Assembly (NCBI GenBank): GCA_950097015.1
Contig: CATNEN010000028.1
Location: 310,001 to 374,000 of the forward strand
Reading direction: 5' to 3'
Length of the DNA stretch: 64,000 nucleotides
From: Macrostomum hystrix
Lineage: Eukaryota; Animalia; Platyhelminthes
Positions within the stretch are counted from its first letter, which is position 1. Each line of letters begins with the position of its first letter. Under the pieces are notes generated by a model. The model ran no database searches. It was not told where the DNA came from and saw nothing but the letters and a program-made list of their open reading frames with translations. This document shows positions 29,250 through 41,011 of this stretch, piece after piece. The position numbers and the translations under genes were made by a program.

Positions 29250-29323
29250 CCAATGAAGACTTCCCATCCCATCCAGATCCCCAGCCAATGGGGCGGCTCA
29301 GCTCCCCGACTCAAGCAGCCAAT
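29250..29323 (+). promoter_or_regulatory. Candidate Onecut promoter: three CCAAT boxes and a GC box
   Basis: CCAAT at 29250, 29285 and 29319 (spacing 35 and 34 bp), two in AGCCAATGGG context; GGGGCGG at 29290; about 370 bp upstream of the ATG. Confidence 0.45.
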
Positions 29324-29694
29324 GGGAAGCGGATTTCCATTCCTCCTCATCTCCCACCCCAATTTCTAAAGGCGAAAATCCAGCCGCTTAATCCCAAACA
29401 CCCGGGACTAAACTCGCCCAACTCGCCAGTTATTCGTCAATCCTTGTCTCCGAGGCCGCAGTGGGATAAATAAAATCAATTGCAACCCTGTTACCCTTCC
29501 ATTTGTTAAAGACCGACCGATAAACAGAATAGAAAGGGAGATTTTCCTTACCGATAAATCGAATCGAACTCGGCCCGAACTAACGAGAATATCCCTCTAT
29601 CGGCGCTTTGCTTTGGAATCCGTGCGGATTCTGTTATTGACAGTGGGGGAGAAATTTAATAAGAAATCGAAACCGCAGACCGACAGAAATTGAA

Positions 29695-30126
29695 ATGCTT
29701 GAGTCGTCGGACTTCCGACCCGACTCGTACCAGATCAATGGCCGGCTGAGCCCACCCTACGGCATGAGTGTCAATTACGCAGCGGCGCTGGGACCCCTGA
29801 CTGGCCTGCCGACTGCCTCGATCGGCGGCGGAGGCGGCGGCATCGACAAGTTCAGCAACCAGACTGCGGCGCACGCGTCAAGCAGCGGAGGCGGCGGAGG
29901 CGGAGGCTACAGCTTCCTGCACCAGCACGCGGGGGGTCACTGCGGCGGCTACGGCATGCACGACATCAAGCCGTTCAACAGTCTGGAGATGAAGTCCTTC
30001 TCTAGCGGCATGCCATCCTCTGAGCTCAACAAGTATTTGAGCATACCGGGACCCATGGGACCCGCGCTGTCGCACGCCCAGAATCACATGAGCGCTTACA
30101 TGGCCTCCAGCGCCTCATCGTACCAG

Positions 30127-30170
<44 letters not shown>

Positions 30171-30703
30171 ACAGCAGCAGCAGCAGCAGCTAAGCGGCTA
30201 CTATGGCCAGGAGTCGGATCACAAATCGTCCGAGATGAAGCCGCCGCCAGTTTTGTCTTCGGGCTATGCCCAGTTCAGGGGCATTCCGCCTGACTCGCCG
30301 ATGTCACATCTGCACTATTCAAGCTTCGGTGGCGGCGGCGGAGGCGGTGGAGGCGGTGGCGGCAACTCCAACGGAGGCGGCGGCGGTGGCGGCGGCGGAG
30401 GCGGAGGCAGCGGCGGAGGCGGCGGAGGATCTCATCAGGTTTCATCTGGAACCTCGGCCGAGATGGAAGAGATCAACACGAAGGATCTGGCGCACCGCAT
30501 TAGTGCGGAGCTGAAGCGTTACAGCATTCCGCAGGCGGTGTTCGCCCAGCGCGTGCTGTGCCGCAGCCAGGGCACCCTGTCTGATCTACTTCGCAATCCC
30601 AAGCCTTGGAGCAAGCTCAAATCGGGCCGGGAGACATTTCGCCGAATGTGGAAGTGGCTGCAGGAGCCGGAATTTCAGCGTATGTCGGCACTCAGGCTGG
30701 CTG
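29695..30703 (+). CDS. ONECUT: Onecut transcription factor, coding exon 1 (poly-Q/poly-G N-terminal region and CUT domain)
   Basis: CUT domain EEINTKDLAHRISAELKRYSIPQAVFAQRVLCRSQGTLSDLLRNPKPWSKLKSGRETFRRMWKWLQEPEFQRMSALRLA. Phase-1 donor G|GTGAGT at 30704, the conserved Onecut intron position. Confidence 0.96.
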
Positions 30704-30764
30704 GTGAGTGAGGGTTGATTCTTGGAACCCAGGCCTGATTAGTGTCTTCAAATAGGCATAAACC

Positions 30765-30985
30765 CTCACTCTCCTATCCGCTCTCTCCCTCACTCTCCCA
30801 TCCGCTCTCTCCCTCACTCTCCTATCCGCTCTCTCCCTCACTCTCCTATCCGTATCCGCTCTCTCCCTCACTCTCCTATCCGTATCCGCTCTCTCCCTCA
30901 CTCTCCAATCCGCTCTCTCCCTCACTCTCCTATCCACTCTCTCCCTCACTCTCCTATCCGCTCTCTCCATCACTTTCACTCTCCA
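30765..30985. repeat. 24-nt CT-rich minisatellite CTCTCTCCCTCACTCTCCTATCCG
   Basis: Direct periodicity. Confidence 0.9.
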
Positions 30986-32124
30986 ACGCCCTCCCATCGG
31001 CTGTCTACCTCGCTATTTTGACGCAGACATAGCTATAGACCAGTGCAACAGTTGACATCGATGACAACACGCCCTGAATATGGCTCCGCATTTTCCCTAT
31101 TTATGCCTTCCTTCATCATTCATCTTCGTAGGCCCGCGCGCGTACTCAATGAAACACCCGTGCAGGCGTCAAGTTCTATAGACTCATCCCTTTATTCCAA
31201 ATTTGTTCTTTGTCTTAAAATTTTTTCTGCTGCTGCAGCTGAACCTGAATGCTACCTGTAGAATTCCCCCCCCTGTTTAAGCTGTGGCCCCCAAAAGCAT
31301 GTGTCTTTCATGTTGCGCTTTAGGCTGACTATAAAGTAAAGAACAAGAAGGGATTAGAAAAGTGGGATGGGATGACGGAGACACTGGTGTGTTTTATGGG
31401 AGAATGGCAGAGAGTTGAGAAAGACAGACAGACTATATAGAGGCTGCGGATTCCGGGTAGAGAAAATCTTGAAGACAACACATCTACACACACACACGCT
31501 CACACAGTGTGAGAAGGCAGGCTCATTGCCAGAGAGAGAGAGAGTGCAGCGAGATTTGCTCAACGATGCTGAGTCTATTAGGAGTCGCCACTATGTGGAA
31601 CATTTATTGCAGTTTAAGGAAAGGAGGTGGGACCTTGTGGGTGTGTATGTTTTTGGCAAACAGCTGATGAGGGTGGGAAGGCTTTATTTAATAGAAGGTG
31701 TTATATTTCTGCAGCATCCCCACTTGCTTTCGGGCCCATTCAATGGCCTGACGACACACACACGCACACACACACACACACCCACATACACGGCATAGTT
31801 CAAACTATTTGTTCTAACACTTGTGTCAACTATTCCCACTTCAGTACAGTTGGGCTAATCATATATATATATTAATGCAAGACGGGCAAAGAATATGAAA
31901 AAAGGGTATAAAAGCAACAATGCCTACTCATTCTGTTGCCCTAATGCTGTTGTATAGTATTTAGTGAGGCCTATTAAACTAGTCGGTGTGCTTAGGGACA
32001 GCGTCTTCCCCACACCTGTCAGTTAGTCATTCATTGCTTGGTGGTCCTGAAAATTTTCTCTCTCACGTACACAAGAAATCTTATTTTAAACTTTCCGTCA
32101 AAACCTATTTTTGTATCTCCGGCG

Positions 32125-32240
32125 TGACCTCAACTTGCACACCTGTGTGTGTGCTCAGGAGTCAGCGAAATGTGCAGAATTGGTTCCTCGCTGGCTGCGG
32201 GTCTAGTGTCGCCAAATAATGCACCATTGCCCACCTAAAA
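32125..32240 (+). mobile_element. SINE family B 3' fragment in Onecut intron
   Basis: CACACCTGTGT..GTGCTCAGGAGTCAGC..GCTGGCTGCGGGTCTAGTGTC is shared with the other two copies. Confidence 0.65.
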
Positions 32241-32804
32241 TGTTATAATTCTGCGATCAGCAGTTTAAGAGAGGCTGCAAAATGATTTTCCCTGCCTTGA
32301 GGGGGATAATATTCTCATCGTAATATTTACATGCAAGCGATTTGCCTTTGGGCGAAAAAAGTAGACCCAACTAGACACCAAGTCATTGGCGGCACCTTTG
32401 GGTCTCATAGTCATGAGCACTCTCTCTCTGCCCCAATCCTCACGATGCCTCTCCTGGTCTTCCCCTTGGTTGCCTCCCAACTCCCGACTGTGAGGAGAGA
32501 CGGCAGAGGGGGTAGCTATATAGTCGATGACCCACTTGAAATCGGTGACAATGTTTGCTCCGATGGTCGGGCATGAAGATGAAGATAGGCTCTCTGTTGG
32601 CCTGGCCCAAACCGATGCACTGCAGGAGATACCTAACTCGCATGCCTTCTCAGATCTTACTAACATGGGTCCTCTACAGGAGAGTGTCTGCAAGCCAACC
32701 ACACTGTCAGCCCATATGCGCTTAACCATTTCTGTGTGCTCCGCATTCTATGCGCCCTGTGCTCTGTGCTCCATCTACTAGCTCCGATCTCCTTTCTCAC
32801 CTCC

Positions 32805-33300
32805 CCCCTCTCCTCTCTCACCTCTCCTCTCTCCTCTCTCACCTCTCCCCTCTCCTCTCTCACCTCTCCTCTCTCCTCTTTCGTCTCTCCTCTCTCCTCT
32901 CTCACCTCTCCCCTCTCCTCTCTCACCTCTCCTCTCTCCTCTCTCGTCTCTCCCCTCTCCTCTCTCACCTCTCTCTCACCGCGTCTGGAGTTGCCTTGGT
33001 TCGAATCCTGATTTCAATTTTTTCGATACATATCGGAATCGATTCCAACATTTGATTTTTGAAATTCAATGGGCAGTGTCCTCTCTCCTCTCTCCCGCTC
33101 TCTCTCTCCCTCTCTCCCTCTCCCCTCTCCTCTCTCACCTCTCCTCTCTCCTCTCTCGTCTCTCCCCTCTCCTCTCTCACCTCTCCCTTCTCCTCTCTCG
33201 TCTCTCCCCTCTCCTCTCTCACCTCCCCTCTCCTCTCTCCCCTCTCCTTTACCCCATCTAGTCTCTCCCCTCCACTCTCCTGTGTCCTCTCTGGTCTTCA
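32805..33300. repeat. CT-rich low-complexity array interrupted by the 32980-33106 element
   Basis: Same CTCCTCTCTCGTCTCTCCC units on both sides of the insertion. Confidence 0.88.
32980..33106 (+). mobile_element. 5'-truncated copy of the hammerhead-carrying element, inside a CT-rich array in the Onecut intron
   Basis: About 5 differences from the reverse complement of 44706-44833; starts at CGCGTC|TGG; B-box at 32998-33008. Confidence 0.7.
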
Positions 33301-34849
33301 CCCTCCACTCCTAAATCTCCCTTTCTTCCTCTTGTTCCCTCTGTTCAATAAAAATCTATCAATCAATCAAATAATGAGTCTATTTATCATCAATATTCGA
33401 CTTTATTCACAGCGGACTAAAATTCTGACACATGCTGATCTTGAATAATTATATTATAAAAAGCAGCAGGGCTAGCCAAAAATAGAATAATTATGAAATA
33501 AGAAAATAAAATTGACAAAGAGGAAGATAGATATACTGAAGTCAGTTCGAAAAACTGGCCCACTTTCTAATAATTTTATCTGTGAGTTCAGTCCGACCCT
33601 GCCAGTCACTGTATCTCCCGCTTTCCTCTCCGAGATAAGCACCTTCGTCAACCCCCACCCCTTGGGATCTGTAGATTTTGGGATATGTCTTTAGAGAGCT
33701 ACAGAGATGGGGGAGAGTAGGAACCAAAGTGAGGATGAAAAGTTTCGGGTCCGTGGCGTCAAGCCAGGCGTGACAGCTCGGTGGAGGGGAGCGGGTCCGG
33801 CCCCCCCAGAGGAGAGTTATAACAAAAATTGACTTAATCTATAACGCATCTCGGTTCTTAACAATTTTCACATTCTTCTGTTTATATACGATTATAAATA
33901 AATATAAATATAAATATATATGAAATTGAGCGAAAAAATTGCTAAGGACACAAAATATTGGTCCGTCTCTTCAAGATCTGCCCCAAGTCTTGCTTAGTAA
34001 CTCGACTGAATAAGCCACACACACACACACAGAGACAGAGAGTAGCTTAAAGTCAAATTCAAAAAGTAAAGTATTATAAACCGCCCAACACCTGCTTTTA
34101 ACTCAACTGTGTCTCTCTCTGTCTTTTCCTCACCCCTATCACCTCTTTATCCCCTCTCTCCTTCTCGCTCTGTCTCCAGTTTTAGCATAGACCAACAATT
34201 TCAACCGGGGTGGGGTGGGGAGTCAACTAAAAGCGAACTGCATTTTTTGTGTTTCTGGGCGCTTGTAGAGGTTAAAAAGTAACCCTGATCATAGCCGCAA
34301 TTCCATATGTATTTGCATATATAATATAATATGTATAGTTGAAAATCGCTTCGCTGTTTAGACATGTTACCAAAGCTACCCCTGCAGTAACCTAAGGTGA
34401 ACATTCTACATTTTCTTCTCATTCACTTTATGGACTCTCTGAGCACTGCTCAATCCACATTGCGAAACGTAGTTGGGAGCAAAATAAAATTATACATTTC
34501 GCTTTTAGCTATTTTTGTGCTGGCATAATTTTTGCTACTACTAGTGGAAGGCAGGCTCTGTGGTGTAGTGGGTTGAGGTTGGTTTTTTGAAATTATAACG
34601 CAACAGTCGAGTGACCGTTCCAAGACGACCCTGCTGATCAAATAGGCAGCGCTTGGGTGTGTGTGCGTGTGCCTGTATATGCGCATGTACACCAGAGTGA
34701 CTGAATATATTTCACTCATTGCTTCGTGGCATTGCTAGCAGATAATTAATTGTATAACTGCTTGACAGCATTTAGTTAACCGATTAGCTACTAATGAAGT
34801 GAATAAGATTCGAAGCGTGTGATCTTTTTAATAATTTATGTCGACACCT

Positions 34850-35705
34850 AACCCCTGGTTCTTCAGGTAGAGTAATTATCTATAAAAACTCCTGGTTCTT
34901 CAGGTAGAGTAATTATCTATGAACACCCCTGGTTCTTCAGGTAGAGTAATTATCTATGAACACCCCTGGTTCTTCAGGTAGAGTAATTATCTATAAAAAC
35001 TCCTGGTTCTTCAGGTAGAGTAATTATCTATGAACACCCCTGGTTCTTCAGGTAGAGTAATTATCTATGAACACCCCTGGTTCTTCAGGTAGAGTAATTA
35101 TCTATGAACACCCCTGGTTCTTCAGGTAGAGTAATTATCTATGAACACCCCTGGTTCTTCAGGTAGAGTAATTATCTATGAACACCCCTGGTTCTTCAGG
35201 TAGAGTAATTATCTATGAACACCCCTGGTTCTTCAGGTAGAGTAATTATCTATGAACACCCCTGGTTCTTCAGGTAGAGTAATTATCTATGAACACCCCT
35301 GGTTCTTCAGGTAGAGTAATTATCTATGAACACCCCTGGTTCTTCAGGTAGAGTAATTATCTATGAACACCCCTGGTTCTTCAGGTAGAGTAATTATCTA
35401 TAAAAACCCCTGGTTCTTCAGGTAGAGTAATTATCTATGAACACCCCTGGTTCTTCAGGTAGAGTAATTATCTAAGAACACCCCTGGTTCTTCAGGTAGA
35501 GTAATTATCTATGAACACTCCTGGTTCTTCAGGTAGAGTAATTATCTATGAAACCCCTGATTCTTCAGGTAGAGTAATTATCTATGAAACCCCTGATTCT
35601 TCAGGTAGTGTCATTATCTATGGAATCCCTGGTTCCTATTCTTCAAGTGATAACATCATTAAACACCTGGTTCTTCAGCGGGGCGATAATTATCATTAAC
35701 CCTCA
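34850..35705. repeat. 37-nt minisatellite CCCCTGGTTCTTCAGGTAGAGTAATTATCTATGAACA (Onecut intron)
   Basis: Period 37. Confidence 0.96.
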
Positions 35706-37674
35706 AATCTTCAGGTGTCTAAATTGCATCAATTCAAACAAACTGAACCGTGGGAAGGTTTTGGGGAAAAATAAAATTGAAACTCAAATCTATTTTAGAT
35801 TTTTATGAAGGCATATGCATTGAAAAATAAGCTTTTTCCTAGCTCAGAAGAATCAATTGCTTCTTCATCGGGGCCAGCGGGAGTCATTTCGAGATGATTA
35901 AAAAAGAGAGAGACAAAATTCTCTTCAACAGAGAGTCGACCAGATTTGCTTGATTATAGCCTTCGTGAACAAGCGGTCGCTGATTGCTCCCTGCCAGAGG
36001 TGCCCGCCCACCACCACTCTGCAGACAGGAGCCTTTTGAAATGCTCAACTTCAGCACGGACTCTGCGTCCACATTCTTGCGCAGCTTTTTGTTTAGTGCC
36101 TCCGACTCAATCATTTTCTGCCAGCCAGCAGCGGAAGATGTTGAGGCCAGAAGAGGCTGGAAGAGGATTAGAAAGAGAAAAAAACGTTTCTCTTTTCTTT
36201 TGGACAACTTTTTCAGCGTTGAAGAGGCAGACGAGAAGGACATGCTCAACAGTGGCTAATTGCCGACATTCTCATGCAGACAATTAGACAGAAAATAGGA
36301 AAACTATGATCAACTAGGGAAGGCTTCGCTTTGACTTTTCCTAGAAACTTCGCATGAAGGATGGGTTGGTGGCTTACTGCGCTATTGGTAGAGCGAAAAT
36401 ACCAGAGTATTGTATATATTATATAAAGTATAGTTAAACTGCCTGAATAAAGCTTTTTTTTTAAAAAAGCATCCATGCGAGAAGGTGAATAATTTATCCT
36501 TGAGTTGCAGATTCCGCTTTGGCAGGTGAATATGCCGTGTGAGGGGAAGAAATTACTGACAGAAAAAAACATGAGAACTGCCGAACAACTCGACTAAAAT
36601 TTATACTAGCTTCGTCGGCAGGTAAATTGGGATTTCTAGTCTAGCTTTTTAGCGACACTCCTAAATCATCTCTTCCTAATTCCTAAGCAAAATAGTTAAA
36701 CAGGTGCATTGGAATTGCTTGGAATTTCCTATACTTCAAAACTGTAAGATTATCCCCTTGTTTTTGGCGAAAGAATTTTCCCGTTATCCGTCCCTCGCAT
36801 ATCATAGAACAAAAATCGCTTGGGATTCGGCCTTTAAAAACTAAATATAATTTCCCAACGGAGTCTAAGCCTATAGCCTATAGCTCCAAACTGCTTGGCA
36901 GCCATTTTGTGAATAGAGCCAGTTTTTCGCACACAGATTACACGCAAGACCGAAGACAAGGGACTAAGACCAGGAAAGAGAGGAGTTTCTCTGAACTGAA
37001 CTAGAGTTTACTAGACCAACAAGAAGAGGAAAGGCATGAACAGATTTTGGGCCAGACTGTCTGTCTGCGTCCCTCTCTGTCCCTCCTTCTTGTTCAAGGA
37101 CCCTCTCGACAGGACTAGCCAGAGCCTAGAACCTGCCAGTGCTCAAACTGCCTTCCAAAGAGCTCACCAAAAACTCCCTAAGATTAGGGACTGCAGAAGA
37201 ACAAGGGGGCTGGGCGCTTGGTGTGAGAGATGATGCGACACACATAGCTGCTGGTGCGCGGGGTGTATTGAAGGCGAAGGAAAGATGTGATTTGCTGCTC
37301 CGAGTCTGCAGCAGACTTTCGGTTCCCATGCTTCTTCAGAAATAACCCACACCCTACAGCTCCAGCTTCTCCTATTCATCGCTCTCTTTCTTTCTGTCAA
37401 ACTTGGCGCCTGAGCTGATCTGGCTCGCGAGACCGAGTGTTCCAGGTGCAATTTTCCCTTGCCCGCGCATTGCGATTCCTTGCTTTTCCCAATGCGTTGT
37501 TTCACAAATGGTTTACTGTGAAACAGTCAGTTGGAGGTCGGTCATCTATACGATGGTGGCGTCAGCCTCAATACAATGGCCCAATTGAAAACAAATTTGA
37601 TAATGGAGCAGAAAAATCTCTGAAATTATTACGTGACCATGCGTAGAGAATCTGCAGCTGAATATGAGTAGACA

Positions 37675-37945
37675 TTTTCTTAGAATCGCTGATAATAACT
37701 AGAAGAGATTTCTTAGAATCGCTGATAATAACTAAAAATGATTTCTCAGAATCGTAGATAATAAATAAAAGAGACTTCTTAGAAACGCTAATAATAACTA
37801 GAAGAGATTTCTTAAGAATCGTAGATAATAACTAAAAATGATTTCTCAGAATCGTAGATAATGAATAAAAGAGACTTCTTAGAAACGCTAATTATAACTA
37901 AAATACATTTTCTTAGAATCTAAGATTGCGTAAAATATTTTTCTT
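37675..37945. repeat. Diverged ~33-nt AT-rich minisatellite TTCTTAGAATCG..ATAATAACTA
   Basis: About 8 imperfect copies. Confidence 0.8.
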
Positions 37946-38170
37946 AGAATCTTAGTTTATGACGGAGTCGATTTTTTAAATGTCTCACTTCGTGAAAACC
38001 AGCAGATATTTTCTTAGAACCACAAAGGTTTCGAGGCACGCCACAAGAAATCCTAAACGTCAAAAGTCAGGTCAGATTATAGGCTTTCCAATTGGATTTC
38101 AATTTCTAATACCGGAACAAAAAAGTGCCATTCATTTCTCGGACGTCTCTAGGCGTCTCCGCCGTTGCAG

Positions 38171-38991
38171 CCTGCAAGCGCAAGGAAGACGACGCCGTCG
38201 CGTCGGCCGCAGCAGCCGCGGCAGCAGCCGCCGCCGCCGCCGCCGGAGTCTGCGGCATGGCGGGTGTCAATCACGGCCACGGCAACCACGCCATGATGGG
38301 CATCAAATCGTCCGGAGCTGGCGGCGGCGGAGGCGGTGGCGGCGGCGGCGGTGGCGGCGGCTCCGAGTCAAAGCCGCCCAAGAAGCCGCGCCTCGTGTTT
38401 ACGGACATTCAGCGCCGAACTCTGCACGCCATCTTCAAGGAGACGAAACGGCCAAGCAAGGAAATGCAGGCCACAATAGCCCAGCAGCTGGGTCTCGAGG
38501 TTTCCACAGTGGCGAATTTTTTCATGAACGCTCGCCGTCGCTCGCTGGACAAATGGCAGGAGGACAAGGACGGCCGCACCGGCAGCACCGACTCGCTGCT
38601 CTTCGACGATCAACGCTCCGAGGCGTCTTGTTTGGAAAGCGACGATCCGGCCGCAGCCGCGGCCGCCGCTGCTGCCGCCGCCGCCGCAGCAGCCGCCGCG
38701 GCAGCCGTCATCGGGCCGCATTCGGGCCATCCGCATCATCAGCACCATCATCATCAGCAACAGCAGCAGCAGCATCATCAGCACCATCAGCAGCACCATC
38801 AGCAGCATCAGCATCATCACCAGCATCAGCACCAGCACCAGCACCAGCTCCAGCAGCATCATATGCTGTCGTCGGGTACTGCGGGTCCGGCTCTGTCCTC
38901 GGCCAACCTGCCCTCGCCGCTGCCCATCGCTCTGCCGTTGAATTTGAACTCCTCCGCTGCTTCTTCGCCTCTGGTTGGCGGGTCGGCGTGA
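38171..38991 (+). CDS. ONECUT: Onecut transcription factor, coding exon 2 (linker, atypical homeodomain, poly-A/His-Gln tail); joined protein 609 aa
   Basis: Acceptor TTGCAG ends at 38170; the splice restores LRLA-A-CKRKE. Homeodomain KKPRLVFTDIQRRTLHAIFKETKRPSKEMQ..TVANFFMNARRRS has the Onecut-specific F48/M50. Confidence 0.96.
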
Positions 38992-39121
38992 CAATTATGA
39001 AGCACCACGGAAAATTTTAAATGTTGCTCTTATTTACTTTTTAAAATACTGTTGCTGCTAAACTCGAGAAGGGAGGCAGAGACGGACGGGGAATCGGGAA
39101 ATTGGTAATTGCTATTTAAGG

Positions 39122-39127
39122 AATAAA
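39122..39127 (+). terminator. Candidate polyadenylation signal of Onecut
   Basis: AATAAA 130 nt after the stop codon. Confidence 0.3.
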
Positions 39128-39204
39128 AAAAAATATTTAAGTTTTCTAAGGTATACTGTCTTTTAGAAGGTTTTCAGTTGGAAAATATGTTGCCTAAAAG
39201 ATAG

Positions 39205-39520
39205 CGTAATAGAGGTTGACTAATAGAAGGTTGCCTAATAGAAGGTTGCCTAATAGAAGGTTGCCTAATAGAAGGTTGCGTAATAGAAGGTTGCCTAATA
39301 GAAGGTTGCCTAATAGAAGGTTGCCTAATAGAAGGTTGCCTAATAGAAGGTTGCCTAATAGAAGGTTGCCTAATAGAAGGTTGCCTAATAGAAGGTTGCC
39401 TAATAGAAGGTTGCCTAATAGAAGGTTGCCTAATAGAAGGTTGCCTAATAGAAGGTTGCCTAATAGAAGGTTGCCTAATAGAAGGTTGCCTAATAGAAGG
39501 TTGCCTAATAGAATGTTGCC
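39205..39520. repeat. 15-nt minisatellite TAGAAGGTTGCCTAA
   Basis: Near-perfect period 15. Confidence 0.97.
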
Positions 39521-39861
39521 CAACGGAAGGTAAAGTTAGTTGTGATTGCCACTTTTAATCTCTCAACCTCTCCTTGTCCTTCGCAATGTTCCTTCAAATT
39601 CAAAGATAAATTTGCTTCAAATCTATTATAGGAGTGAAACAAAAAGAATTTCTGCGAATGACACTATCTTATATTTTGAAAGATTTTTTTGTTTGACTCC
39701 AAGCAGTTTTTCAATTCACGTGTACAGAATTTTTCGGAAAATTGTATAATATCAACCTATGAACTATATAGATATAGATGGCGTATATTAAAGTGCATTG
39801 TGATGTTTTTGTTCAAAAAGTTTTCAAAGAAAGCAACCTCAACTAAAGTTATAGTTTTTGC

Positions 39862-40125
39862 AGGAGGGCTGCGGGCAGTGGCATATCATTCGGTGACACT
39901 GGACCTGCAGCCAGCGAGGAGGCAATTCTGCCCATTCCGCTGACTCCTGAGCACACTCGCACACAGTTACTGTACGCAGGCACACACTCAACACAGGTGT
40001 GTACATCTGCCTTGACTTTCTCATCGTCGGGCAGTGTACACTCAATAAATGTGGCCTCGCCGTGGAATCGAACTTAGGGACCTCGGTGCAAGAGGCAAAC
40101 GCGTTATCCGCTCTGCCACCAACCC
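39862..40125 (-). mobile_element. SINE family B copy
   Basis: Reverse complement has GGTGGCAGAGCGG..GTTCGATTCCACGGCGAGGCC and the same 3' stem. Confidence 0.75.
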
Positions 40126-41011
40126 CTATTATATTATTATCATTATAATTATATTATTATATAGTTATAGCTTATTCATGAATTGAATTTTCGCACCAAA
40201 TCCCATTGCTTACTATCTGTCGCAGTTTTTTTTCTATAAACTAAAAGTTATTTATTTTTGTTGTTCATAATTTCCATATCGTGCAGTTTCTGCTTGCCTA
40301 TTGGAACAGTTTTCGTCGAAGCATCGAAATTGCCCACTAAATAGCTTTAATTATAATCCTAAATGTTGTTTAAATTTTAATATCTTAGTCAATCGTAATC
40401 CCAACGCTCTCCCTAACTGTACCCAAATGAGCAGTGAAAATTGACTAGAAATATCTACTTGTCCGCCTAATTACATTGAGCTTCTAAGTCCCAGTATTAG
40501 TTGCAACGCTCGCAAGCGAAATTAATTATTTGTACACAGACTTTTATTGCTTTTTCAATATTCCTAGCACTACCGATTTCTTTTGTTAGCTGTTGTTGTT
40601 GATTTTTTGTTCTCGTTGCTATCCAAATCACTGAGCATTGATCAGTGATTTGGGATCTGAAATCACCTTGATTTGCACCGCGATCATTATGGATTTGCTT
40701 TTTATTGAAAAATGTGTCTCTCTGTTTTCTCGGAATTAGCTTATCTGAATGGAATAAATTCATTGAGCTTTGAGGGTGGCCCCAGTGACTGATTATGAAA
40801 CCTAATGTAGAAAGCTCACTCACTCACTCACTCTATGATGCATATATTATCAGCTGCAAAATCAACTGTCCACTTCCTGCGTTTTTATTTTCACTGCAGA
40901 ATATTCAGCTTTGAGATCATATAAATTGTCAAGGAAATTCATGGCCCACTTCAGATAGTTATTCATACTCATTACACAGCTTCACGCGAACTGCCGAATG
41001 TGCTTTTGAGA

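Noticed and set aside
32265-32781. 154-aa minus-strand ORF and overlapping ORFs in the Onecut intron
   Set aside because: No recognisable motif, and several frames are similarly open.
34850-35705. TTCTTCAG|GT in each 37-mer as recursive splice sites
   Set aside because: The regenerated donor GTAGAG is weak, the pyrimidine tract is short, and the intron is only 7.5 kb.
37980-39020. Alternative-frame (346 aa, +) and antisense (208 aa, -) ORFs over Onecut exon 2
   Set aside because: Shadow ORFs of GC-rich trinucleotide-repeat coding sequence.
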